44,146 bases of DNA from Candidatus Alloscillospira gallinarum (GCA_904420055.1 CAJFTV010000087.1:1-44146), one strand, 5' to 3'. Shown: positions 1 to 8,990, counted from the first letter of the stretch. Program-made: numbers and translations. The notes: generated by a model from the letters alone, not told the origin.

Positions 1-85
1 AATGTTTGCCGTACTGTTTTTGATGATAATAAAAATAATTCTCGACGCCGCCGGGGTAAACTCAGGCGGGTAAGGTCACAGGGAT

Positions 86-120
86 AATAAAACAGGGACG
101 CCTTATAGTGGTGTCCCTGT
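86..120 (-). terminator. Rho-independent terminator downstream of the SDR gene
   Basis: Stem ACAGGGAC (92-99) pairs with GTCCCTGT (113-120). On the minus strand it is followed by UUUAUUAU. It lies about 50 nt past the SDR stop. Confidence 0.6.
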
Positions 121-172
121 CTGTATAAAATACCCGTCTGGTTCACAATATGCAACCCCTGGCAGAGCTATA

Positions 173-967
173 TTAGCATGAGAGCATGTAGCCGCCGTCT
201 ATTACCTGCACTGTGCCGGTAATCTGAGCCGCCGCCGGCGACGCCAGAAATACAGCCAGTGCTCCCACCTCTATGGGTTCTCCAAAACGGCCAAGGGGCA
301 TCTGATTATTTATGTAGTCGAACATATCGGGGGGAATATGACGGGACAGCTCAGTATTTGTAAATCCCGGTGCGATGGCGTTGCAGCGTATATCGTACTT
401 TCCAAGCTCCACCGCCATACAGCGTGTAAAGTGGTTTGCCGCCGCCTTTGAGGCGCTGTACGGGCTCATGGCCTGCGTCTTGTTTACAATAAACGCGGCG
501 TTTGATGTCACGTTTATAATGCAGCCGCCATTACCCGCGTCACGCATTCTCTTTCCAACCTCATATGTCATGTGCACAGTGCCGTTTAAGTCGGTGTTTA
601 ACACGTTATACCAGTCGGTGAGGTTCTCGTCCATATCCAGAAGCTCACTGACACAGGACACGCCCGCGTTGTTTACAAGTATTGTCACCTTTCCAAATGA
701 GTCGTATACCTCGGAAACCGCACGTCGCACGTCCTTAATATCCGTCACGTCACAGGAAAAGCTCTCGTACTTTCCACCATAGGGCCGGAGCTCCTCCAAG
801 GCCTCCTGCGCCTTTTTGCTGTCACGGCACAAAATCGCTATATCCGCACCGCACTGTGCCATGGCAAGTCCTATGCCAAGTCCAAGTCCGCGGTTGCCGC
901 CGGTTATAATTGCCGTCTGACCGGTGAGGTCAAAAGCGTTTTTCATATCCTTTATGGATTTTATCAT
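173..967 (-). CDS. Short-chain dehydrogenase/reductase (classical SDR, KduD/gluconate-5-dehydrogenase-like)
   Basis: 264-aa ORF with a TGGNRGLGLG dinucleotide-binding motif, NNAG, and catalytic Ser plus YSASK (YxxxK). Substrate cannot be read from the sequence. Confidence 0.85.
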   Translation of the reverse strand: MIKSIKDMKNAFDLTGQTAIITGGNRGLGLGIGLAMAQCGADIAILCRDSKKAQEALEELRPYGGKYESFSCDVTDIKDVRRAVSEVYDSFGKVTILVNNAGVSCVSELLDMDENLTDWYNVLNTDLNGTVHMTYEVGKRMRDAGNGGCIINVTSNAAFIVNKTQAMSPYSASKAAANHFTRCMAVELGKYDIRCNAIAPGFTNTELSRHIPPDMFDYINNQMPLGRFGEPIEVGALAVFLASPAAAQITGTVQVIDGGYMLSC

Positions 968-1003
968 ATAGTGTCACTCCAATTTTTATAATAATTTGTG
1001 TTC

Positions 1004-1032
1004 AGTGTATCAATTAACACCTGTGTTGTCAA
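1004..1032 (-). promoter_or_regulatory. Candidate sigma-A promoter of the SDR gene
   Basis: Read on the minus strand: -35 TTGACA (1032-1027), a 17-nt spacer, and -10 TACACT (1009-1004). The -35 lies inside the palindrome TGTTGtCAACA (1024-1034). Confidence 0.45.
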
Positions 1033-1079
1033 CAAATTTTATAACTTTTGACGGATTATTCCCCAATAAAAAGGCTCTT

Positions 1080-1109
1080 TTGATTGCCAAAACAACAAAA
1101 ATATATTAT
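1080..1109 (+). promoter_or_regulatory. Candidate sigma-A promoter of the ene-reductase gene
   Basis: -35 TTGATT (1080-1085) is followed by an AT-rich -10 region, either TATATT with a 16-nt spacer or TATTAT with an 18-nt spacer. The inverted repeat ACAACAA-N12-TTGTTGT (1092-1117) overlaps it. Confidence 0.4.
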
Positions 1110-1174
1110 ATTGTTGTCATAAGCAAAAAAATTTGCCGTCCGGATATACCGGCGGATAATGGAGGAGTTTCCAA

Positions 1175-3067
1175 ATGGGCGATTACAGCAGTATTTTCCA
1201 GCCGATAAAAATCGGCCCGCACACGTCTAAAAACAGAATTGAGGTGTCACCGGCAGAGCCGTTCCTCTGCACTAAGGAGGGATTTGTGACAGAGGAATTT
1301 GTCCGCTTTACCGAGAGCTTTGCCAGGGGCGGCGCCGGCATTGTCACCGTGGGAGACAGCCCCATAAACCAGGAGTACGCAAACGAGAACCACTTTGTGG
1401 TTAACCTTGCCGACCCGTTTGTTGTCCACGGCCTTACAAAGGTGACAGATTCAATTCACCGTTACGGCGCGCTGGCCTCTATTGAGCTGAACCTGCGAAA
1501 CCACGTGCTTCCCGCCGACATGTCGAAAGAGGATATACGTCAGATTATAAAGGATTTTACACTGTCGGCGGAGCGGTGCAAAAAAGCGGGCTTTGATATG
1601 GTAATGATACACGGAGGCCACGGACACACTGTGGCGCAGTTTTACTCACCCCTTTTAAACAAGCGCACGGACGAGTACGGCTGTACTTCTTTCCAAAACC
1701 GCTGCCGCTTTGCAAACGAGCTTTTAGATTCCGTGAGAGAGGCGGTCGGCCCCAACGTCGCCATTGATTACCGCATAAGCGGCGACGAGCTAACCCCCGG
1801 AGGCGTGGACGTGGAGCAGGCGGTCATGTTTGCCAAGGAGATACAGGATAAGCTGGACATTATTCACGTGTCCGCCGGAAACCTCTACCACCCGGTGTCT
1901 CTCTCATACATGATACAGTCCTCTTACCTGCCAATGGCAACCAATGTGCGCTTTGCAAAGCGCTTTCGTGAGGAGCTTAACATTCCTGTTACTACGGTGG
2001 GCTCCTTTAACCTGGACCTGGCTGAAAAGGCAGTATCGGACGGAAGCGCCGATGTTGTCGCCATGATACGCCAGTTTATAGCGGACCCGGACTGTGTAAA
2101 CAAGGCCAGAGACGGCCGCGGCGACGAGATACGCCCCTGCATACGCTGCTGTATCTGTACAGGCAGCGACCCCCACGGCTGTCCAACTCCGCTGCGCTGT
2201 TCTGTAAATCCCCCCTCCGGACGCAACCCGCGTTTTGATGAAATTCCAAAGCTAAAAGAGGAGAAAAAGGTTGTAATTGTTGGCGGCGGCGCCGGAGGAA
2301 TGGAAGCCGCCCGCCGTCTTTCGGAGAGAGGTGCTAATGTCGTGCTTTTTGAAAAGGACAACAGGCTGGGCGGCAGCCTTATCATAGCCGGGGCCAACCC
2401 CATAAAGGGCGATGTGGCGCGCTATGCCGACTGGTCCGTGAGAATGACAGAGCGTCTTGAAAATGTGGATATCCGTCTCTCTGCCGAAGCCACACCGGAG
2501 CTGGTAAAGGCGGAAAATCCCGACGCAGTTATCGTGGCTGTGGGCAGTGACCAGATTGTGCCTGAAATTCCCGGCATTCACGGGGACAACGTAATGCTCG
2601 CCGTAGACGTGGATATGAAAATTAAAACGCCCGGTAAAAAGGTTATACTCGTGGGCGCGGGCCTCACCGGCACTGAGACAGCCGTAACTCTGGCGAGAGA
2701 GGGGCACGAGGTCACTCTCATCGACATGCTGTCGATTGACGAAATTGACAGCCGCGGCAATTCTTCCCGCTCATGTACCGCAATGCTCAGGCGCATGGCT
2801 GAAGAGGCCGGGGTCCAGACCATTACGGGACTGCGCCTGACCGAAATAAGAGAAAACGGCATTGCGGCCGATGATTTAAACGGCAAATCCGTATTTCTCC
2901 CCTGTGACTCCGTTGTGCTTTCCATGGGGGTTCGTGCCAGAAGCCAGCTTGCAGACAGCTTTGACGGCACGGCAAAAACCGTTATAAAAATCGGTGACTG
3001 CGTGCGCCGGGGCGGAAATATTCTCTCCGCCGTATTAGACGGTTTTTACGCCGCAATGAACATATAA
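1175..3067 (+). CDS. Two-domain NADH:flavin ene-reductase (OYE-like FMN barrel, [4Fe-4S] Cys cluster and FAD/NAD(P) domain; FadH / clostridial 2-enoate reductase / BaiCD-BaiH family)
   Basis: 630 aa with the OYE motif MIHGGHGHTVAQF and the Cys cluster CIRCCIC...RCSVNP. The C-terminal half carries two GxGxxG folds (VVIVGGGAGGMEAA, ILVGAGLTGTE). A GGAGGAG RBS lies 8 nt upstream of the ATG. Confidence 0.85.
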   Translation: MGDYSSIFQPIKIGPHTSKNRIEVSPAEPFLCTKEGFVTEEFVRFTESFARGGAGIVTVGDSPINQEYANENHFVVNLADPFVVHGLTKVTDSIHRYGALASIELNLRNHVLPADMSKEDIRQIIKDFTLSAERCKKAGFDMVMIHGGHGHTVAQFYSPLLNKRTDEYGCTSFQNRCRFANELLDSVREAVGPNVAIDYRISGDELTPGGVDVEQAVMFAKEIQDKLDIIHVSAGNLYHPVSLSYMIQSSYLPMATNVRFAKRFREELNIPVTTVGSFNLDLAEKAVSDGSADVVAMIRQFIADPDCVNKARDGRGDEIRPCIRCCICTGSDPHGCPTPLRCSVNPPSGRNPRFDEIPKLKEEKKVVIVGGGAGGMEAARRLSERGANVVLFEKDNRLGGSLIIAGANPIKGDVARYADWSVRMTERLENVDIRLSAEATPELVKAENPDAVIVAVGSDQIVPEIPGIHGDNVMLAVDVDMKIKTPGKKVILVGAGLTGTETAVTLAREGHEVTLIDMLSIDEIDSRGNSSRSCTAMLRRMAEEAGVQTITGLRLTEIRENGIAADDLNGKSVFLPCDSVVLSMGVRARSQLADSFDGTAKTVIKIGDCVRRGGNILSAVLDGFYAAMNI

Positions 3068-3270
3068 TTTTAGCTGTGAAATCCGGTCCTGCCGGGTAAC
3101 CTTATACCTGGCAGCGCCTCCGGGCTCATATAGTAAATGCCGTCAATGCTATTTTTATACGTTATTCGACATTTTTAACCTATACTTAACGAAAAACTGC
3201 TTTACGATTGCACTAAGTTCATTTAAAATTATCATTTAGAATTATCACGTTTGTCAGGAGATTTTGGGGA

Positions 3271-4200
3271 ATGAAATATGCACTTGTAGACCTCGGTTCA
3301 AATACAGTCCGGCTTACCTTGTACAATGTACACGCCGACGGTAATTTTGAGGCTCTTTTTTCGGAAAAACGTATGGCCGGGCTTGTCAGCTATGTAAAAG
3401 ACGGCCGTCTGAGCTATGAGGGGATACTCGTGGCCTGCGATGTAATAAAGGAGTTCCAGTCCCTTTTAAAACAGTTCGGCGTAAACACCATGTCCGTATT
3501 TGCCACGGCATCACTGCGAAACATCGAAAATACCGACGAGGCGCTGGCCGGCATACTGAAACGCACCGGAATACATGTGGACGTAATCTCCGGTGAGGAG
3601 GAGGCGGAATTCAGCTATTACGGCTCCATTAAAAGCTTTCCAACTCAGGACGGTGCAATATTCGACATAGGCGGCGGCAGCACGGAAATTCTCGAGGCAC
3701 ACAACGGGTCTTTCAGCTGTATCGGCAGCTTCTCCATCGGTTCCCTCAATCTCTTTAACCAGTTTGTCACAAAAATCTGGCCAAAGCAGTCGGAAATAAT
3801 CAACATACAGACAAAGATAATGCGGGTTTTTGAAAAGGTTCCATTTCAGGAAAAGCGCTATAAAAACGTGTGCGGCGTAGGTGGTACAGCCAGGGCCGTA
3901 ATGAAAATTGCAAACCGCTATTTTGAAAAGCCCACCGGAAACAAGCTGATAACAAAAAAAGAACTGGAGGAAATTTCCACCGTACTGCTGGCCAGGGACC
4001 GCACTGCCCGGGACCTGATATTAAAGGCATGTCCCGACAGGATTCACACCATACTTCCCGGAATACTGCTCATGGGTATGGTGTGCCAGTTTTTAGACAG
4101 TAAAAATATATATGTCAGTCAATTTGGAGTTAGGGAGGGATATCTGTGCCGCAAGCTTATAACAAGTGGGAACTCAGCTACACCCAGAACCGTGAGCTAA
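3271..4200 (+). CDS. ppx: Ppx/GppA-family phosphatase (exopolyphosphatase-like)
   Basis: 309 aa. The N-terminal DLGSNTVRL and later DIGGGSTE are ASKHA-fold phosphate-binding motifs typical of Ppx/GppA. It sits directly upstream of ppk1 and overlaps it. Confidence 0.8.
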   Translation: MKYALVDLGSNTVRLTLYNVHADGNFEALFSEKRMAGLVSYVKDGRLSYEGILVACDVIKEFQSLLKQFGVNTMSVFATASLRNIENTDEALAGILKRTGIHVDVISGEEEAEFSYYGSIKSFPTQDGAIFDIGGGSTEILEAHNGSFSCIGSFSIGSLNLFNQFVTKIWPKQSEIINIQTKIMRVFEKVPFQEKRYKNVCGVGGTARAVMKIANRYFEKPTGNKLITKKELEEISTVLLARDRTARDLILKACPDRIHTILPGILLMGMVCQFLDSKNIYVSQFGVREGYLCRKLITSGNSATPRTVS

Positions 4201-6251
4201 GCTGGCTTAAATTCAACGCACGTGTACTTGAAGAAGCGGTTGACAGCTCTGTGCCGCTTATGGAGCGGCTGCGGTTTGTATCTATCTTCACAAGCAATTT
4301 AGACGAATTTTTTATGGTGCGTGTGGGCAGCCTGCACGACCTGTCCGTCATGACGCCCGAAGCGCTTGACAACAAGAGCGGCCTTACGCCAAAAGAACAG
4401 CTTGACCGCATATACGACGCTGTGCGTCCCTTAATTCGCCAGCGCGACGCTATCTATGCAGAAGTTTCATCACAGCTTTCCAAATTTGGCATCTGCCGCC
4501 TATCATACGACAAGCTCAAGGACAAAGAAAAAAACTTTGTCCGCAAATATTACAAGGAACAGATAAGGCCGCTTATCTCACCGCAGATAATTGACCGCAG
4601 CCACCCGTTCCCGCACCTGAAAAATAAAAAGCTGTATGCCGCGGCTCTGCTCCAGAGCGGCGAACAGCAGTTCCTTGGAATAGTCGATGTACCGGAGTCT
4701 GTGCCGTCCATAATTCATATGCCGGACAATCCGGACCGTTTTATCGGCACAGAGGAAATACTAATACATTATCTGAAAAATATTTTCAAAATATATTCCA
4801 TTGTTGAACAGAGCGTTATTTCTGTCACCAGAAATGCAGATATCAGCTTCAACGATGAAAAGTTTGAAGAGGACGGCGACCCTGACCTGCTCTCACATAT
4901 GGTTAAGCTTCTAAAGCGCCGTGACAGATTAAACCCCGTGCGGCTCGAGGTACAGGGTGACGCTCCCCTCCTGTCAGAGATACTTACACATTTTTTAAAG
5001 CTGCAGCCGCATCAGGTATACTCGTCAACCTGCCCGTTGAATATGGGCTTTGCATATTCAATAGCTCCGGAAAATCCGGCGCTGTACTATCCCCCTTACA
5101 CACCAAGCTATCCGCGTTACCTCACTCAGGAAATGCCAATGTGGGACCAGATACAGCAAAGGGATATCCTTCTGTTTTATCCGTATCACTCCATGCAGCC
5201 ATTCTTAAATCTGCTGCGCGAGTCCGCGCATGACCCGCGTGTTGTCTCTATTCAGATAACCATATACAGGCTTGCCAGAAACTCAAGCGTGGCAAAGTAT
5301 TTACAGGCTGCCGCAGAAAACGGCAAGTCCGTCACTGTCCTGGTTGAGCTGCGCGCCCGTTTTGATGAAGAAAACAATATCGAATGGGCACAGGAATTGG
5401 AGGAGGCGGGCTGCAAAATAATCTACGGTTCGGACTTGTATAAATGCCACTCCAAAATATGCCTAATAACCCGGCGTGACAAAAATGGACGCCTTTCTCA
5501 TGTAACACAGATAGGTACGGGCAACTACAATGAGAAAACCGCCGCCCTTTATACGGATTTCTGCCTCATGACGGCGGATAAGGCCATTGCGGACGACGCA
5601 GTAAACTTCTTCCAGAATATGCTGATGGGCTCGTTCAGAGAGCTTTACAAAACCCTTTTAGTAGCACCTGCATGTATGAAAAGTGAGCTCATACGAATGA
5701 TTGACGGTGAAATTGCCAAGGGAAGTCAGGGCAGGATAATAATAAAGGTAAATTCCGTGACTGAGCGCGACCTTATCGACAAGCTTTCCGAGGCCTCTCA
5801 GGCGGGCGTGAAAATTGACCTGATTGTCCGCGGAATATGCTGTATTATTCCCGGAATTCCCGGAAAAACAGATAACATCACCGTGACAAGTATCGTCGGC
5901 CGCTTTTTAGAGCATGCCCGTGTTTATGCTTTCGGAACAGGCGCAACAAGACTTATATACATCTCTTCCGCCGACATTATGACCCGTAACCAGACGCGGC
6001 GCGTGGAAATTGCGTGCCCTATAAAATCACCGGAAATAGGCCAGTGGCTCGCCGATTACCTCGACATTCAGCTCCGGGATAACTTAAAGGCACGTAAGCT
6101 GCTGCCAAGCGGTGAATACACATCAGTCAAAGGGGGGCCACCTGTCTCATCGCAGCAGTATTTTCTGGATAACCCTCCGGAATTTACACACACGGTGGTA
6201 AAAAAGGACGGCATAATTACACGTATTTTAAAACTCTTCAGGAAGAGATGA
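4146..6251 (+). CDS. ppk1: Polyphosphate kinase 1
   Basis: 701 aa. The N-terminal ELSWLKFNARVLEEA matches the PPK1 signature, the length is typical, and the C-terminal half has tandem PLD-like domains. The GTG start has a GGGAGGGA RBS 6 nt upstream. Confidence 0.92.
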   Translation: MPQAYNKWELSYTQNRELSWLKFNARVLEEAVDSSVPLMERLRFVSIFTSNLDEFFMVRVGSLHDLSVMTPEALDNKSGLTPKEQLDRIYDAVRPLIRQRDAIYAEVSSQLSKFGICRLSYDKLKDKEKNFVRKYYKEQIRPLISPQIIDRSHPFPHLKNKKLYAAALLQSGEQQFLGIVDVPESVPSIIHMPDNPDRFIGTEEILIHYLKNIFKIYSIVEQSVISVTRNADISFNDEKFEEDGDPDLLSHMVKLLKRRDRLNPVRLEVQGDAPLLSEILTHFLKLQPHQVYSSTCPLNMGFAYSIAPENPALYYPPYTPSYPRYLTQEMPMWDQIQQRDILLFYPYHSMQPFLNLLRESAHDPRVVSIQITIYRLARNSSVAKYLQAAAENGKSVTVLVELRARFDEENNIEWAQELEEAGCKIIYGSDLYKCHSKICLITRRDKNGRLSHVTQIGTGNYNEKTAALYTDFCLMTADKAIADDAVNFFQNMLMGSFRELYKTLLVAPACMKSELIRMIDGEIAKGSQGRIIIKVNSVTERDLIDKLSEASQAGVKIDLIVRGICCIIPGIPGKTDNITVTSIVGRFLEHARVYAFGTGATRLIYISSADIMTRNQTRRVEIACPIKSPEIGQWLADYLDIQLRDNLKARKLLPSGEYTSVKGGPPVSSQQYFLDNPPEFTHTVVKKDGIITRILKLFRKR

Positions 6252-6383
6252 GCTAAAGTCCACACTCTATGCTCCCTTATGAAAAACTTCCGTTTTTCCT
6301 CTAACTGTAAATTACTATTTTATTTTATTGCTGTATATTGTCATTCACGCAAATTTGCAATTAATATCAATTTCAGGCACAAT

Positions 6384-6417
6384 AAAACACCGGCGGAAAT
6401 TTCCGCCGGTGTTTTTT
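6384..6417. terminator. Bidirectional rho-independent terminator between convergent ppk1 and rplA
   Basis: Stem ACACCGGCGGA pairs with TCCGCCGGTGT around an AATT loop. An A-run lies on the left and T6 on the right. Confidence 0.85.
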
Positions 6418-6423
6418 ATCAGC

Positions 6424-7116
6424 TTACAGCTGCTTTAAAGCATTAATTTTAACGCCCGGGCCCATTGAAGAAGCTGTTACACAGCTCTTAATGTACTGTC
6501 CCTTTGCCGCTGCGGGCTTTGCCTTGATTATGGCGTTCATGAGAGCAGTATAATTCTCAACAAGCTTATCCTTGCCGAAAGAAACCTTGCCGATTGGGCA
6601 GTGGATAATATTTGTCTTGTCAAGACGGTACTCAATCTTACCGGCCTTAATCTCGTTTATAGCCTGAGCGAGGTTGGGGGTAACTGTACCCGCCTTGGGC
6701 GTAGGCATAAGTCCCTTAGGACCGAGAACCTTACCGAGACGGCCGACAATACCCATCATATCAGGTGTCGCAACTACGACGTCGTAGTCAAAGAAGTTCT
6801 CCTTGGTTATCCTCTCAACCATATCCTGTGCGCCCACGTAATCTGCGCCGGCGTCAAGAGCCTCCTGCTGACGCTCCTCCTTGCAGAACACCAAAACCTT
6901 GCGGGTCTTACCTGTTCCGTTGGGAAGAACAATTGCGCCGCGGACCTGCTGGTCAGCGTGACGTGAATCAACGCCTAACTTTACATGAAGCTCAACAGTC
7001 TCGTCAAACTTTGCCTTAGATGCCTTGCACACGAGGTCAAAAGCCTCTGCGGGGTCATAGAGGGTTGCCCTGTCGATGAGCTTTGCGCCCTCTTTATAAT
7101 TCTTTCCTCTAAACAT
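6424..7116 (-). CDS. rplA: 50S ribosomal protein L1
   Basis: 230 aa with clear L1 sequence ([20 protein letters not shown]...). It starts 4 nt after the rplK stop. Confidence 0.95.
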   Translation of the reverse strand: MFRGKNYKEGAKLIDRATLYDPAEAFDLVCKASKAKFDETVELHVKLGVDSRHADQQVRGAIVLPNGTGKTRKVLVFCKEERQQEALDAGADYVGAQDMVERITKENFFDYDVVVATPDMMGIVGRLGKVLGPKGLMPTPKAGTVTPNLAQAINEIKAGKIEYRLDKTNIIHCPIGKVSFGKDKLVENYTALMNAIIKAKPAAAKGQYIKSCVTASSMGPGVKINALKQL

Positions 7117-7120
7117 TTAC

Positions 7121-7549
7121 TTAGCCCTCCTCTACTACAATACCCATGCTGCGGGCGGTGCCGGCAATCATGCTCATAGCAGCCTCGATGCTGCCTGCGT
7201 TGAGGTCGTTCATCTTTGTCTCTGCAATCTTGCGGACCTCTTCACGGCTGATTTTGGCAACCTTGTCCCTCTGTGGTACGCCGGAGGCCTTCTCAATGCC
7301 GCATGCCTTCTTTAAAAGGACGGCAGCCGGAGGACTCTTAGTAATAAATGTAAAGCTGCGGTCTGCATAAACCGTGATAACTACAGGGATAGTAAGTCCC
7401 ATGTCGTTCTTTGTGCGCTCGTTGAATTCCTTTGTAAAAGCGCCGATGTTTACACCGTGCTGTCCAAGAGCAGGACCAACAGGTGGTGCCGGAGTTGCTT
7501 TACCGGCAGGAATCTGTAATTTAATGATACCTGTAACTTTCTGTGCCAC
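7121..7549 (-). CDS. rplK: 50S ribosomal protein L11
   Basis: The L11 sequence begins at V33 of the tracked ORF ([29 protein letters not shown]). This is a GTG start at 7549 with AGGAGG upstream. The 96-nt N-terminal extension in the ORF track is not L11-like. Confidence 0.93.
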   Translation of the reverse strand: MAQKVTGIIKLQIPAGKATPAPPVGPALGQHGVNIGAFTKEFNERTKNDMGLTIPVVITVYADRSFTFITKSPPAAVLLKKACGIEKASGVPQRDKVAKISREEVRKIAETKMNDLNAGSIEAAMSMIAGTARSMGIVVEEG

Positions 7550-7681
7550 TGTGTGCACACCTCCTAATATATATGTGGTGACACAGCGCCCGCTGCGCTG
7601 CATCTTGGCGGAGTGCCATGCGCTCCTCCCACTCGCCGGGAGCACTCCCGGCGCATAACGGTCTCCCGTAATGCTGCGGTT
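7550..7681 (-). promoter_or_regulatory. Structured GC-rich leader of the rplK-rplA operon (possible L1 autoregulatory site)
   Basis: The minus-strand RNA contains hairpins CCGGGA-GUGC-UCCCGG and CAGCGC-AGCGG-GCGCUG, plus GAGUG...CACUC pairing. L1-binding mRNA leaders upstream of rplK are known in bacteria. The assignment here is inference. Confidence 0.3.
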
Positions 7682-8209
7682 TTAATTTTCGGAAACTTCC
7701 TCTACCTGGTCAAACTCCAGTTCAACAGGAGTTTCACGTCCGAACATGGACACAACAACCCTGAGCGTGCCCTTGTCGGCGTCGATTTCTTCAACGACTC
7801 CCGTGAAGCCGTCAAGGGGTCCGTCTACAACCTTTACAGTGCTGCCGACCTCAAAACCGACCTTTACCTCGCGCTTTTCAACACCGAGGGCTGCAATCTC
7901 CTCATCTGTCAGGGGAATTGCCTCGTTTACAGAGCCAACAAATCCGGTTACACCGCGGACATTGCGCACAAGATGCCAGCTCTCGTCCGTCATGACCATT
8001 TTAACAAGTACGTAACCGGGGAAAATCTTGCGCTCTACTGTCTTGGTCTGATTGTCATTTACTTCCGTCACCGTCTCCATAGGAATGTTGACCTCCAAAA
8101 TGAGGTCCTGCATTTTTCTGTTTTCAACAGCTTTGCCTATAGTAGCGGCCACGGCGTTTTCATAGCCTGAGTATGTGTGCACCACATACCATCTTGCGCC
8201 TTCTGCCAT
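7682..8209 (-). CDS. nusG: Transcription termination/antitermination factor NusG
   Basis: The NusG N-terminus MAEGARWYVVHTYSGYEN starts at the ATG at 8209 and the C-terminus has a KOW domain. The longer tracked ORF would overlap secE. Confidence 0.93.
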   Translation of the reverse strand: MAEGARWYVVHTYSGYENAVAATIGKAVENRKMQDLILEVNIPMETVTEVNDNQTKTVERKIFPGYVLVKMVMTDESWHLVRNVRGVTGFVGSVNEAIPLTDEEIAALGVEKREVKVGFEVGSTVKVVDGPLDGFTGVVEEIDADKGTLRVVVSMFGRETPVELEFDQVEEVSEN

Positions 8210-8216
8210 AACGGTG

Positions 8217-8483
8217 TCAGCCTCCCAGGGATATGAGGGCACGGACAGCCTGAGAGGCTATCTGGTCAAACCCCCACACTACGACGGCAAAGACAACGAT
8301 TACAACAATGGCGACAAGGGAGTTGTTTACAACCTGTTTTCTGGTGGGCCATACCACCTTTTTCAGTTCACTCTTCATCTCCCGGAACCAGCGCCCTATT
8401 CTGCCGCTGCCCTTGGCCTTTTTTTTCTTCTTCTTAGCGGGAGCCTTTGTCTGCGCGTTCTGGACATTCTTCTCTTCTGCCAT
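8217..8483 (-). CDS. secE: Preprotein translocase subunit SecE
   Basis: 88 aa with a Lys-rich N-terminus, the FREMKSELKKVVWPTRKQ motif and a single C-terminal TM helix. It holds the canonical position between rpmG and nusG. Confidence 0.85.
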   Translation of the reverse strand: MAEEKNVQNAQTKAPAKKKKKKAKGSGRIGRWFREMKSELKKVVWPTRKQVVNNSLVAIVVIVVFAVVVWGFDQIASQAVRALISLGG

Positions 8484-8509
8484 TACGTTACATCCTTTCC
8501 GGCTTTCCC

Positions 8510-8659
8510 TTACTTTGTCTCACTGTGAAGCGTATGCTTGCGGCAGAAACGGCAATACTTATTCAGCTCAAGACGATCAGGAGTGTTCTTCTTGTTCTTT
8601 GTCGTATTGTAGTTTCTCTGCTTGCACTCGTTGCATCTGAGCACTACTTTTACTCTCAT
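8510..8659 (-). CDS. rpmG: 50S ribosomal protein L33 (49 aa, below the ORF-track cutoff)
   Basis: Manual translation of the minus strand gives [49 protein letters not shown]. This has both CxxC pairs of zinc-type L33, and a GGAGG RBS lies upstream. Confidence 0.9.
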   Translation of the reverse strand: MRVKVVLRCNECKQRNYNTTKNKKNTPDRLELNKYCRFCRKHTLHSETK

Positions 8660-8766
8660 TTACGGCACCTCCAATAACTTGCCTCCCTGCTTGGAATTGA
8701 CAGTTTAGGACATGTTCCCGAGTTTTTTGCACACGAAAACAAGCCTATCTGCCGACAGGTAGAATG

Positions 8767-8795
8767 AGTATACCATATTATTTTCTCAAGGTCAA
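8767..8795 (-). promoter_or_regulatory. Sigma-A promoter of the rpmG-secE-nusG(-rplK-rplA) cluster
   Basis: Minus strand: -35 TTGACC (8795-8790), a 17-nt spacer, and extended -10 TGgTATACT (-10 at 8772-8767). It lies about 100 nt upstream of rpmG. Confidence 0.6.
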
Positions 8796-8896
8796 CGGAT
8801 TTTTTGATTATTTTATTACGTTTTCCGTATTAAATAAAATGTTCCATACACAGTATCTCCCGCATTTTCACCACTGCCTCATTCTGCCTAAAACAT

Positions 8897-8928
8897 GACA
8901 AAAACAGAGCGGCATAAAGCCGCTCTGT
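8897..8928 (-). terminator. Rho-independent terminator after the HTH gene
   Basis: Stem ACAGAGCGGC (8904-8913) pairs with GCCGCTCTGT (8919-8928). On the minus strand it is followed by UUUUUGU. Confidence 0.8.
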
Positions 8929-8990
8929 CATTTGCTTCAATTATATATTTAAAAAATCGCACACACATCCGGCATTCATAAGCTTTTCAC

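Noticed and set aside
1-85. Possible 3' end of a plus-strand gene entering from the left edge (frame 2 reads ...MFAVLFLMIIKIILDAAGVNSGG, stop).
   Set aside because: Fewer than 30 codons are visible and more than one frame is open. The fragment is too short to identify or even to confirm as coding.
7550-7645. N-terminal extensions in the ORF track: rplK 7550-7645, nusG 8210-8242, glyoxalase 42369-42635, lipoprotein 24047-24139, rplM 43411-43458, HAD 13224-13301, PBP 36578-36691, and ene-reductase 20618-20662.
   Set aside because: In each case the conserved protein family begins at a downstream start codon with a better-placed Shine-Dalgarno. The extension also overlaps a neighbouring gene, a terminator or a promoter.
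8429-8436. T8 homopolymer (A8 on the coding strand) inside secE, considered as a possible slippage or phase-variation site.
   Set aside because: It simply encodes the KKKKKK stretch of the Lys-rich SecE N-terminus. The frame is intact and secE is essential, so phase variation is implausible.
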